DNA of 64,000 nucleotides from Macrostomum lignano (taxonomy: Eukaryota). Of this stretch, positions 1 through 17,900 are shown one piece after another; the first letter of the stretch is position 1; the number at the start of each line of letters is the position of its first letter. Under the pieces are notes generated by a model. It was not told the DNA's origin, ran no database searches, and saw nothing but the letters and a program-made list of their open reading frames with translations. Where the stretch lies: assembly GCA_002269645.1 (NCBI GenBank), contig NIVC01001863.1, forward strand, positions 124,001-188,000, given 5' to 3'. The position numbers were made by a program, and so were the translations under genes.

Positions 1-430
1 ATCGGAGTGACATTATTCTGTTTGATAGGAGTGACATTGTTCTGTTTGATCGGAGTGACATTGTTCTGTTTGATCGGAGTGACATTGTTCTGTTTGATAG
101 GAGTGACATTGTTCTGTTTGATCGGAGTGACATTGTTCTGTTTGATCGGAGTGACATTGTTCTGTTTGATAGGAGTGACATTGTTCTGTTTGATCGGAGT
201 GACATTTTTCTGTTTGATCGGAGTGAAATTGTTCTGTTTGATAGGAATGACATTATTCTGTTTGATCGGAGTGACATTATTCTGTTTGATCGGAGTGACA
301 TTATTCTGGTAGATCAGAGTGACATTATTCTGATAGATCAGAGTGACATTATTCTGGTTGATCGGAGTGACATTATTTTGGTAGTTTAAAGTGACAATTT
401 TCTGGTAGCTAGATCAGAGGAGTGACATTG
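1..430. repeat. 24-bp minisatellite (ATCGGAGTGACATTGTTCTGTTTG)n, degenerating to the right; truncated by window start
   Basis: Units read directly; the 8-aa periodic ORF 7..312 is its translation. Confidence 0.95.
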
Positions 431-804
431 GGAGACAGCCCAGTACGCCAAAGTTCAAAATAAAGATGTAAATTTCGCAAAGTTCGCTAAGCAGTGTTTC
501 AAAAGATAAAACTGCCGAGAATCTGGTCTCACTCGCGGGCTGCTGAATCAACTCCAAAAGAGCAGCCCTGTGTGTTTAATTGCTTTTTCACAGGCAGGAA
601 CAGAAAGTCCATGCACTGCTTCAGAGTATGTTATGTACACATTTTACATCAGAAGAATATTGATTGGCACGGGTGCCATAGAGATGGTAGCAAAGTCTTG
701 ATTTACTAGATAGCGATAAAGTCTTTGTCATTACATCTGGTAGGCTAATAGGTGACAGTGTACAGACATACAGACCTCTGGAATGAACATTGAGTTTGTA
801 AGCA

Positions 805-1085
805 CGGGATACTCTGTCACGGGATGTTCTGTCACGGGATACTCTGTCACGGGATATTCTGTCACGGGATATTCTGTTACGGGATATTCTGTCACGGGAT
901 GTTCTGTCGCGGGATACTCTGTCACGGGATATTCTGTCACGGGATACTCTGTCACGGGATATTCTGTCACGGGATATTCTGTCACGGGGTATTCAGTCAC
1001 GGGATATTCTGTCGCGGGATATTCTGTCACGGGATATTCTGTCACGGGATATTCTGTCACGGGATATTCAGTTACGGGATATTAC
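805..1085. repeat. 15-bp minisatellite (ACGGGATATTCTGTC)n downstream of the LMO4-like stop codon
   Basis: Units read directly; gives 5-aa periodic ORFs (TEYPV / TGYSV). Confidence 0.95.
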
Positions 1086-1243
1086 GGGGCTCACAAATTG
1101 TGCCGAGGCAACAGCTGATGGGTGACAAAATCATATTTCGAAATTGTTTCATGAGATCATAAATCATAAGGATTGCTACGGTAGCTACAGCAATTATCAT
1201 ATTTAATATCAGGTTCCAGCTAATTAGCATAATTAATGAGCTG

Positions 1244-7785
<6,542 letters not shown>

Positions 7786-8399
7786 GCAGGAAGTCCTTTC
7801 GAGTTCCGAGTCCATTGCTCCTCTCAGCCGCAATTCTCTTGACACTCTTGAAAGCTTTTCTGTAAAAATTTCTGGGCCCAGCAACTCTGAGACCTGATGA
7901 ACAGGAAATTGCAACAACTGCGGGGGATGCGGGCAGTCGGGCGATAAAAATGGTGAGGAGGGTGGGGTGGGCGTTCGTGCTGCCCCGGGCCTCTCCCAGC
8001 CGCTCTACAGCCAATGGCCGCCACCCCAGCCTCAGCGCACGCCGTGCTTGCGGAGACGGCGTGTTGTGGCTCAGGTGAGCCGAAATGGAAGCAGATTTTG
8101 ATGTGCCTTTTTTGCTGCCAGCCAAGCTTCTGCTTTGACGCTAAAACTCACATTTAAATGTCGCAAATTCTATAGTCGCTCTTCAACTCTGGGACCGATA
8201 GAGCAGGAAGTTGGCGAGTTAAAACCTTCTTCACATATTCGCTAATTGCCTACTTGCAGTAGCTAAGTTCGCGCGAAATTGAAAAATAACCAACAAAAGC
8301 CAACGACTGCTAGCATAGTGGTTTATCTCTACCGGTGTATTTATGTAAGCTGCAACTACCATCACCAGGGAATCGGTGAAGATTTGAGAGGCTGGGTCT

Positions 8400-8731
8400 A
8401 GTCAGTCAGTCAGTCAGTCAGTCAGTCAGTCAGTCAGTCAGTCAGTCAGTCAGTCAGTCAGTCAGTCAGTCAGTCAGTCAGTCAGTCAGTCAGTCAGTCA
8501 GTCAGTCAGTCAGTCAGTCAGTCAGTCAGTCAGTCAGTCAGTCAGTCAGTCAGTCAGTCAGTCAGTCAGTCAGTCAGTCAGTCAGTCAGTCAGTCAGTCA
8601 GTCAGTCAGTCAGTCAGTCAGTCAGTCAGTCAGTCAGTCAGTCAGTCAGTCAGTCAGTCAGTCAGTCAGTCAGTCAGTCAGTCAGTCAGTCAGTCAGTCA
8701 GTCAGTCAGTCAGTCAGTCAGTCAGACAGTC
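8400..8731. repeat. (CAGT)n microsatellite abutting the MCT stop codon
   Basis: Read directly. Confidence 0.98.
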
Positions 8732-10765
8732 AGCCCTGCACCCGGGAGCTGGCCAGGCTCTGCAGGCTCCGCACAATGTCCTCCGTGTTTTCAGCCTCGC
8801 GCCGGCGGAAGCGGGGCAGGTGCAGCAGGCTGTGCATGAGGCCGCACAGGCAGAACAGCGCTCCGCTGACCAGGAACGGCACCAGGTAGCCGGAGGCCTC
8901 GGTGTACAGGCAGCCGCCGATGGGCGGGCCGCAGCTGGAGGACACTCCCCGCGCCAGCACCAGCAGGCCGAAGCCGCTGGTGACATTCTCCAAGCCGATC
9001 AGCTGGCACAGGATGACGCTGGTGAGGCTGATGTACGGCCCGGAGAAGAAGCCGAACAGCGCGAACACCGTCACCATAGAGACGTAGTTGTGGCAGACCA
9101 CCAGCAGGGCGACGCAGACTCCAGTGATGAGGATGGTGACGTTGTTGATGGCCAGCGGGAGAAGTGCTTCTGGCCGGCCAGGAAGCCGAAGGCCACCCGG
9201 GCGAGGGTGTTGGCGGCGCCGTAGGCCGAGATGAGGGTCGGCGTCAGCGCGGCGGGGACGCCGGTCTCCTTGGCAAAGTCGCTGATGAAGAAACCGGGGA
9301 TGTAGAAGGCGATCATGCCCACCATGTTGGCGGCGAAGATGATAAGGTAGCTCAGCTCCTTCAGCAGGCTGAAGTTCGTCATGAGCGACAGCGCGTAGCG
9401 GAACGGCTTCGAGGCGCGCAGGGTGTCGAAGACGCCGACGACTTCAGCGCTGCCGTCGACGGACCTGACGACGACGGACTCGCGGTCCGCCTGGGGCAGG
9501 CGGGTCATTGACAGGTACAGGTCCGCCTGCGACACGTCCTTCAGCGACCGCTTCATCCTGGGATCGTTCTGGGCCAGGTCGAAGATCGAGCTGCCCAGGA
9601 AGATGTCCTTCTGGTTGAGCGGCCGGCGGACCTCCTGCAGGCGGCTGCGGCTGATGAGGCGGCCCGCCCCGCCGCCAGCAGCGGAGTCGGCCGCGGCGCT
9701 GGTCTGGCCTCGCGGCCGCACCCGGATCTCCGGCAGCATGTCCGGCGTGGACCCCATGAAGTTGCCGGGGGCTGCTGCCGCCGCGACCACCCGCGACTTG
9801 GACGGCTGCCGGACTTTGTTCCGCTTGAAGCGAATCGTGCCGGAGTCGCTGTTCGACCGCAGCCTCGGGTCCTCCGCCTCCGTGTCGGCTGTTCCGTTGG
9901 ACGGGGCTGCTGTCTGTGCTACGTTCTTGATGTACTTCTGCACCAGGTTGCTGACGTTCTTGGAGCCGCCGGCCGCGTCATTGCCGACTCCGGTTGTCGG
10001 GGCCGCGGCCGGGTCGGTGACGCCGCCGCCGCCGCCATCAGTTTCGTCCGCTACCGGCGGCTTCTCGGCAACGTCAATGGGGCGCATCAGGCAGCCGAAG
10101 ACGGCGCCGTTGAGGGTGACACCGGCGAGAATCATGAGGCAGTTCTGCCAGCCGTAGTGCTCCAGCAGCAGGCGCACCACCGGGCCCATCACCATGGTGC
10201 CGATGCCCGTGCCGCACACCGCCAGCCCCACTGCCAGCGAGCGCCGTTTGCGAAAGTAGAAGTTCACGATGACGATGGACGGCAGGTACATCAGGCCGAG
10301 TCCGATGCCACCCGCGACGCCGTACAGCAGAGTCAGCTGGGTGACGGTCCTGGCGAAGCTGCTGGCCAGGAAGGCCAGGCAGGCGATAACGGAGCCGAGG
10401 ACGCAGGTGACTCGGCAGCCGAACTTGTTGACAAGGCCGCCGGCCACCGGCCCGGAGATGAGGTACACCCCGCACAGCAGCGACCCGATCAGCGACAGCG
10501 AAGACTTTGGCGCGTCTGCGAAATACTCGATGAAGTCGACCAGCAGCTCGCAGTAGGTGTTGGCGATGCCGTCGATGATGAAGTTGTTGCACATGCTGGC
10601 CAGCATCACCACCCAGGCGTAGCCGCGGTCCAGCGGCAGCGGCAGCATCGACTCCTCGACCTCCTCGATCTGCGGCTGCTCCTCCCCGATCGGCGTCAAC
10701 ATGGTGGCCTTCTGGGCTGCCGCAGCGTCCTCCGAACTGTCCGGCTGGTGGGCAACTTCAGGCAT
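8730..10765 (-). CDS. Monocarboxylate transporter family (SLC16/MCT, MFS), intronless, about 678 aa if a 1-nt frameshift at 9157-9159 is corrected
   Basis: N-terminal PLDRGYAWVVMLASMCNNFIIDG resembles the MCT PPDGGWGW motif. Also PVAGGLVNKFGCR, YFRKRRSLAVGLAVCGTGIG, a large central loop and a second TM bundle. ORFs 9071..10765 and 8730..9101 join as ...QKHFS-P-LAINNVTILITGVCVALL... if one C is added to TCCC; 2036+1 nt is a whole number of codons. Confidence 0.9.
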
Positions 10766-13074
10766 GGAGCTGCTGGCACTCTGGTGCTGCTGCTGCTTCT
10801 TCCCGGTTTTTTTCTGCTTTTCTGAGGCTTCGAGAGAGCAGATATCGGCGGCTCGCTAGGCGTGAGGCGGGGGGGGGATGAACCGCGGCCAACGCACTAA
10901 GTCCCACGTGACCCAAATGAAGAAAGACTCTTTCTCCGACCGATTGCTGCTGCTGCTCGGGCCGAAGCCACTTATCAACTCCTGTTATCTGCCGAGCGGC
11001 GGTCGCTGCGAGCCTCAACAAGCCGCGACCTCGTGCTCCCTGTGGTTTCATTGTTCAGCGTATCAGCGGCGAGTTTCTCCTTGTTCTCCGGCTGCCTCCT
11101 TATCTTGGCGCACCGCGGGCCGCGCGAACTCCGCCGCACCTCCCGCCCACTATCTGTCTATGCTGCTAGAAAAAAGCAATTATAGTGGCTTCTCACACCC
11201 GCTACTTTGGACTGAGCCATGGATGACTGCATTAGAAACCTGGAATTGGGAACTCCAAGCCAAGCCACGTCGTGATCGTTGAGGCAGCAGAGGCCTCCGC
11301 GCTTCAGGCTCTGCCTCTGGCAATGCGCTTTTTCAAGGGTATCAAAATGTGGATTTTACTGATAACAGTAACAGTAGAAATTTAGTGGAATTAAATATTT
11401 GGAAATGAAAAGTACTCTTACTATACAGTTATGGAGGGGAAATAAAGGTTAATGTCAGATTTTTTATCTGTTGGATGTAGCAGTGTCTACTTGCTACTGC
11501 TAGTAGCTATGCACTACTTTTTCCTGCACTTTGGCGTTTGGAGATTTGGTGAATTAGAGATAGGGCGTATTACATATTTGATGGATTAGGGATGTTGCGG
11601 AGTGGGGCAGCAGCTGTCTTGGTGTACTGCTGCTACATTACTGGCGCATATTTAAGTCAAAAAAGCAGAAAGTGTTGACAGAACCCCGAGCGGCAAAGTG
11701 TTTTGCCAAATTTTCAAATAAACAAATGCAATTATAATCGGCTTGTGCTTGTTAATTCGATGCTAATGCGATTCATAACAATGTGAATGTCCCATCTGTT
11801 TTACCGACTCCAATTTAAAAATAAATCAAATAAAGTATATTAAAGACAGGAAAACTTCGAAAACTCCAATCCAGTTCGTGTGTGCATGGCGAGCCAGAGA
11901 TAAAGGGGGTGGGTACCCCAACCCCCCCCCCCCAACCAGGCCGAGGCTTTCCTCTTGCCCGCTTGTGCCTGTCTGACTTTGACTTTACCCTGATTGGTTG
12001 AGCGAGATAAATTGGGCCTGCACCTTACTAGGCTGAGTTTCGTCCGTCCTCTCTCCTCACTGCTCTCTCATTGGCTGAGAGAGACAGGGAGAGAGAGACA
12101 GGGCGTCTGAGATGATACAAGAACGAAACACAACAATATTATTTAATTCCCAATTAGAACCTCTGCCCTTTAAATTTTCGAACCAACAAAACAAAACTAG
12201 GGGGGAGGGGTCAAAACTACTTTTTTCAATTCTAATTTCAACTAAGCCGCTTTGGTATCAGGACGGATTTACGAGTACAGAGATTGCAAGAAGAGTTTAA
12301 ATTGATAAAATAAACGGAAAGTCATTGACGGACAAGAGTTTCCCAGCATCAATTTTGATCTGTTTTTGTGTCATTCATTAATCCCGCGATGAGCTCCGAA
12401 TTTATTTGGATAGGCCCATGAGCAGGTCGAAGTTAGAATGGCATGGCCATGCTGCCGCCCCTGTTGCTGGCGCCACTGGCGAATCCAGGATCGAAGGTCA
12501 AAAGGCTGACCCCCCCCCCGAGAACATTAGTGTTATGATAAATGCCAAGTCATGTTTGCGAGCGACCGAGGAAAACTCTTAGACCCAGGCACTGGGTAAA
12601 CACCGATATATATTGTTGAGAACTTCACTGTACATAGAAGGGGTGGGGGCAGTGTACACAGATGTCCACGAAATTGCGAGAGTAAATATTACTGCACACA
12701 AGCCACACACAACAATTAGGGAAGTCAATGGACCTCCGGGAAACAGCCCAGATCGAAGAGTTTAAACTTTCGTTAGTTATATAGCTTAAAATACTCGTAG
12801 CTAGGCTTAAGCTCAGAGAGCTTGATCTTTAAGTTCAAATCGTCATTATCCGTCTTCAAATTGGTGGCGTTGAAGTCCAGAAGTTGTTTTTATAAAATTT
12901 CATATCAACGCAAATTTAAGAAACACTGGCAGATTCAGGTGGTCGGCTGGTCCACAGCTACCCAAGAAACAGCTACCCATGCGCCTTTTTCCTGGGCTAA
13001 TTGAGAAACTGTATATTCTCAACAGAGCTCTTGAGTTTTCCCAGCGAAACAAAGGCCGCCTTTCTGTGTACAAT

Positions 13075-13255
13075 CAGTAGCGCAACCTGAAATTTTTCAA
13101 GGGGGGGCGGATTTTGAGGGTAAAGTCCCGGGAGGGGGGGGCGGAGGGGTGGCTCTGTTTTTGGCGAAAATTCGCTTGGTCCCCCCTTTGATTTTTTTCG
13201 GTCCCCCGCCTAAGGGGGGGGCGACCGCACCCCGCCCCCCCTGGTTGCGCCACTG
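13075..13255. mobile_element. hAT-type MITE, 181 bp
   Basis: 13-bp TIRs CAGTAGCGCAACC / GGTTGCGCCACTG (1 mismatch); perfect 8-bp TSD TGTACAAT at 13067-13074 and 13256-13263; no ORF. Confidence 0.9.
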
Positions 13256-13263
13256 TGTACAAT

Positions 13264-14900
13264 TGGACAAAGACATTGTAATAGAAGCGCTACCGTAGGA
13301 ATAAATGCATGGGGTTTAAATAATTGAAATAATTGAGTAGGACTGTAGGAGTTTATTCATTTCAATAAATGAGAGGACATTTCAATTCATAATATTCATG
13401 AAACATTTTTAAAGTGCTCTCTAAGCGGTGTTTCACCTTTTAGCAACAATTTAGTAATTAAAAGTTCGTCAAATTAAAGTAATCAATAAGCTTAGCACGG
13501 TTCAAACGATTACAACGGGAAATTTGATTTTATTGTATTGAAACCTTGTATATTAAAAATACTTTGTAAAAATATTATAAAAGCAAAATTAGGCTTCCTT
13601 ATGCCATATTATGTATTGACTGATTTTTTTGCATTACATCTGTAAAATAATTTGTTTTATTATATCTGTGAAAAATGTGACCTGAAAGTTTAAAATTTTC
13701 GCACGAAACAGAAGTTAAAGAAAACTACTCACGTTCCTCTGACATAACGAACGATAACATAACCTATCAGATTTTTAACGGATATAACTGAGTTGAAACT
13801 AGAGTTATTATTCAGAGAAAAACATGATCCTGAAACTGCATACATCGGTTGCACTTGTTCAAAGTTTTTGCTACCCTCCTAAACTCTTCATCACTATATT
13901 ATTGTATTTTTTATTTGCAATAACAATTAGTTTGAACTGTAGAGAGTTTTTAACTCTTTCATAATGAGTAAAAAGATCTAGATCTAAATATGATCTAGAG
14001 TTATACCAATATGATATCATCCAAACAGCTTTCTATATTTTCTAAGGATAGTACAATTATAGTAACACAAGTGTATTTTAATACATACACAAGGTTTTAT
14101 TTAAAATTAGCATTAAATCAGAAACATCATATCTTTTATTATACCCTTCTAATCCTAAAGCGTTTGATTAGGCTCAATAAAATAAAAAAATCTAAAAATG
14201 AAAGCATAGCATTATTAACATATTTCAAAAGAAATCCATATTACAAATGCAATGTTTAAAAATAAAAAAATTACCACATTAACATATAGACTGTGGTCAT
14301 ATCAGTTATCTAAATTCTCTATTCCCTTAGTAGCTTTTAGTCCTATAACTATTTTTAATGATTAATAAGTATAATTTTTGTTGCATTGCCTTTTGGAGAT
14401 TAGTTAAACCATAATAACACAAATTTTACTGCAAATATTTGACTAAGAAACTAAAGATGACTTTTTAAAGATTTCAGATTTTGGCCTTACACAGGAAAAT
14501 ATTATACAATGAGCCACCAAGTTGCTGATCTGATTGATATCCTTTTTATAAAAAAATATTTATTGTCAGTCTACTTATGAAATTTAGCTTTAGCCATTAC
14601 TTATATCATTAAAAAGCTGTTTAATCTAGTTGTGCATTCTTATTCTAAACTTTCCTTAACTTGCCCTAATCTTTTCCTGCACCTTCCGAGTACCAGAAAG
14701 TTTTTGGTTTTAATGAGTTTAACTCAATGCAAGCCAAAATTTTGCCTATGGTATGTATATTGCTGTAATCCATGAATTAAATGGTATTATTTCTAATAGT
14801 CCTGTGACATTTCTGTCAGTTTTGCTCATTCCAATCACCCTCTTGAACTTTAGTTTCCACCAGATCACAACTGCAAGCACTATTTGGTATTTATAACTAG
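13264..14900. other. AT-rich island containing the first identifiable HFM1 exon
   Basis: Visible compositional drop relative to flanks; no long ORF. Confidence 0.7.
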
Positions 14901-17900
14901 CTATATGATCCAATCTCAATCCTCAAGGCCCTGGGCTCGGACAGGAATCTGGTCGTGTCCGCGCCAACTGGCAGCGGCAAGACCGTGGCGTTCGACCTGG
15001 CCATCATCAGGAATCTTGACGAACAGCGTCGGAACGGCGGCGAGTTCAAGAAGGCCGTCTACAGTGGGTTCGGGTTCCAGCTACCCGCCCCGATGCTGAC
15101 TTCTTTGATTTACATTAGCCTTCCAGATTCTTGAGCGGGACTCAAAAACCCCTCCCAGACCCTCAGACAGGACCTCCAGGCGGGACACCCACATCCTCTC
15201 AGCCCCTCAGATAGGACCTCCTCCAACATCCTCCTAAACCCTCAGACAGGACCTCCAACATCCTCCCAGACCCTCAGACAGGACCTCCTCCAACATCCTG
15301 CCAGACCCTCAGACAGGACCTCCTCCAATATCCTCCCAGACCCTCAGACAGGACCTCCTCCAACATCCTGCCAGACCCTCAGACAGGACCTCCTCCAACA
15401 CCCTCCCAGATCCTCAGACAGGACCTCCAGGCGGGACACGAACACCCTCCCAGATTGCAGTGAAAACCAACGCAAACACAAAATGCTACACAAAAGTATA
15501 TCCTAGCCGCTGGCATTCGAACTCATATTGTTTCACCAGTTCCAAGGCTTTTTATTTTAATTTCCCAACCCCACAGTCTCTCCCCTGAAGGCCCTCTGCG
15601 AGGAGAAGCAGGCGCACTGGGAGTCCGTATTCGGTGCCCAGTTTGGCCTGGCCTGCGGCTGCGTCACTGGAGATTATGAGCAGATCAGCTTCGCCGAGAT
15701 CGAGAGACTCGCCATCATCGCCACAACACCTGTGGGTCTGAGGTGCTGGGGTGGCTTCAGACAGCAGCGTTGTTACAGTCTCTGATTGGGATGGAGTCTA
15801 GAGGTTAAGAAGTATATTAAATTAGTTTGGGAGAATGAAATTGGGAAAGTGAAGTTAGGGAGAGTGAAGTTAGGGAGAGTGACATTGGGGAAGTGAAATT
15901 AGGGAGGGAGAGTGACATTGGGGAAATGCAGTTAGGGAGAGTGACATTGGGGTATTAAAACTATGGAGAGTGACATTGGGTAAATGCAGTTAGGGAGAGT
16001 GACATTGGGGTATTAAAACTATAGGGAGTGACATTGGGTAAATGCAGTTAGGGAGAGTGACATTGGGAAGTGAATTATCAGGTTTATATGAATGTAACAA
16101 TTTTTTCGGCAATAAAATTAAGTAACGCTCATACACCTCACGTTAATCAGCTGTCTATTTTTTCTTCCCCAGGAAAAATGGGACAGTCTGACCAGGCGGT
16201 GGAGGGAGAACGCCAGCTTCATGTCCAGCATTGGACTGTTCATGATTGATGAGGTTGGTAGCTTTAACTCACTTTTAGTGTACAGTTTCTTTCAGGTAGT
16301 CAAAAGAATACATTCTACACTGAACACCTCAATTGCAACGCAAATGTCTCAGATTCCAATGTAAGCCTATCAGATTCCAATGTAAGCCTATCAGATTCCA
16401 ATGTAAGCCTATCAGATTCCAATGTAAGCCTATCAGATTCCAATGTAAACCTATCAGATTCCAATGCAAGCCTGTTGTAAGCCCAGGGACAACTTAAACT
16501 CGTGCCTATGCAAGCCTATTGGATTCTAATGTAAGCCTATCAGATTCCAATGTAAGCCTATTGGATTCCAATGTAAGCCTATCAGATTCCAATGTAAGCC
16601 TGTCAGATTCCAATGTAAGCCCAGGGACAACTTAAAATTGTCCCTATGTAAGCCTATAAGATTCCAATGTAAGCCTGTCAGATTCCAATTTAAGCCTACC
16701 AGACTCCAATGTAAGCCTATTGGATTCCAATGTAAGCCTGTCAGCTTCCAATGTAAGCCTGTCAGCTTCCAATGTAAGCCTGTCAGATTCCAATGTAAAC
16801 CTATATCAGATTCCAATTCAAGCCTGTCAGATTCCAATGTGCATATTGCATTGCGCTACCCAACAATCCCGCTGCAGGTTCACGTGATCCACGAGGCCAG
16901 GCGTGGTGCGGTAGTGGAGGCCGCCATCAGCCGGATGCTGCTGCTGAGCCGCCTCCCCGAGGCCGCCTGTCGCTACCGGTTTGTGGCCGTCTCCGCCACC
17001 GCGCCAAACGTTGAAGATGTGAGCATTGGGAACTCTGTGCTTAAATACCTGTTTAATCATCTCCAAATCCCTACCTTTTCCTGAATCCTCAAATCCCCAA
17101 CCTGTTCCCAACTCCCCAACCTGTTCCCAAATCACCAACCTGTTCCCAAATCTCCAACCAGTTCCCGAATCACCAACCTGTTCCCAACTCCCCAACCTCT
17201 TCCCAACTTCCCAACCTGTTCCCAAATCCCCAACCTGTTCCCAAATCCCCAACCTGTTCCCAAATCCCCAACCTGTTCCCAACTCCCCAACCTCTTCCCA
17301 AATCTCCAACCAGTTCCCGAATCACCAACCTGTTCCCAACTCCCCAACCTCTTCCTAACTCCCCAACCTGTTCCCAACTCCCCAACCTGTTCCCAACTCC
17401 CCAACCTCTTCCCAAATCTCCAACCTGTTCCCGAATCGCCAACCTGTTCCCAAATCCCCAAACTGTTCCCAACTCCCCAACCTGTTCCCAAATCCCCAAC
17501 CTGTTCCCAACTCCCCAACCTGTTCCCAACTCCCCAACCTGTTCCCAAATCCCCAACCTCTTCCCAAATCCTCAACCTGTTCCCAACTCCCCAACCTGTT
17601 CCCAACTCCCCAACCTCTTCCCAAATCTCCAACCTCTTCCCAAATCTCCAACCTGTTCCCGAATCGCCAACCTGTTCCCAAATCCCCAATCTGTTCCCAA
17701 CTTCCCAACCTGTTCCCAAATCCCCAACCTGTTCCCAAATCCCCAACCTGTTCCCAAATCCCCAACCTGTTCCCAAATCCCCAACCTCTTCCCAAATCTC
17801 CAACCTGTTCCCGAATCCCCAACCTGTTCCCAAATCCCCAACCTGTTCCCAAATCCCCAACCTGTTCCCAAATCCCCAACCCGTTCCCGAATCCTCAACC

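Noticed and set aside
8714-10825. Overlapping alternate-frame and antisense ORFs over MCT, HFM1, DOCK and TCF25 exons
   Set aside because: Expected shadow ORFs of GC3-rich coding sequence; no recognisable domains
10905-10912. E-box CACGTGAC upstream of the MCT
   Set aside because: A single short motif is not distinguishable from chance
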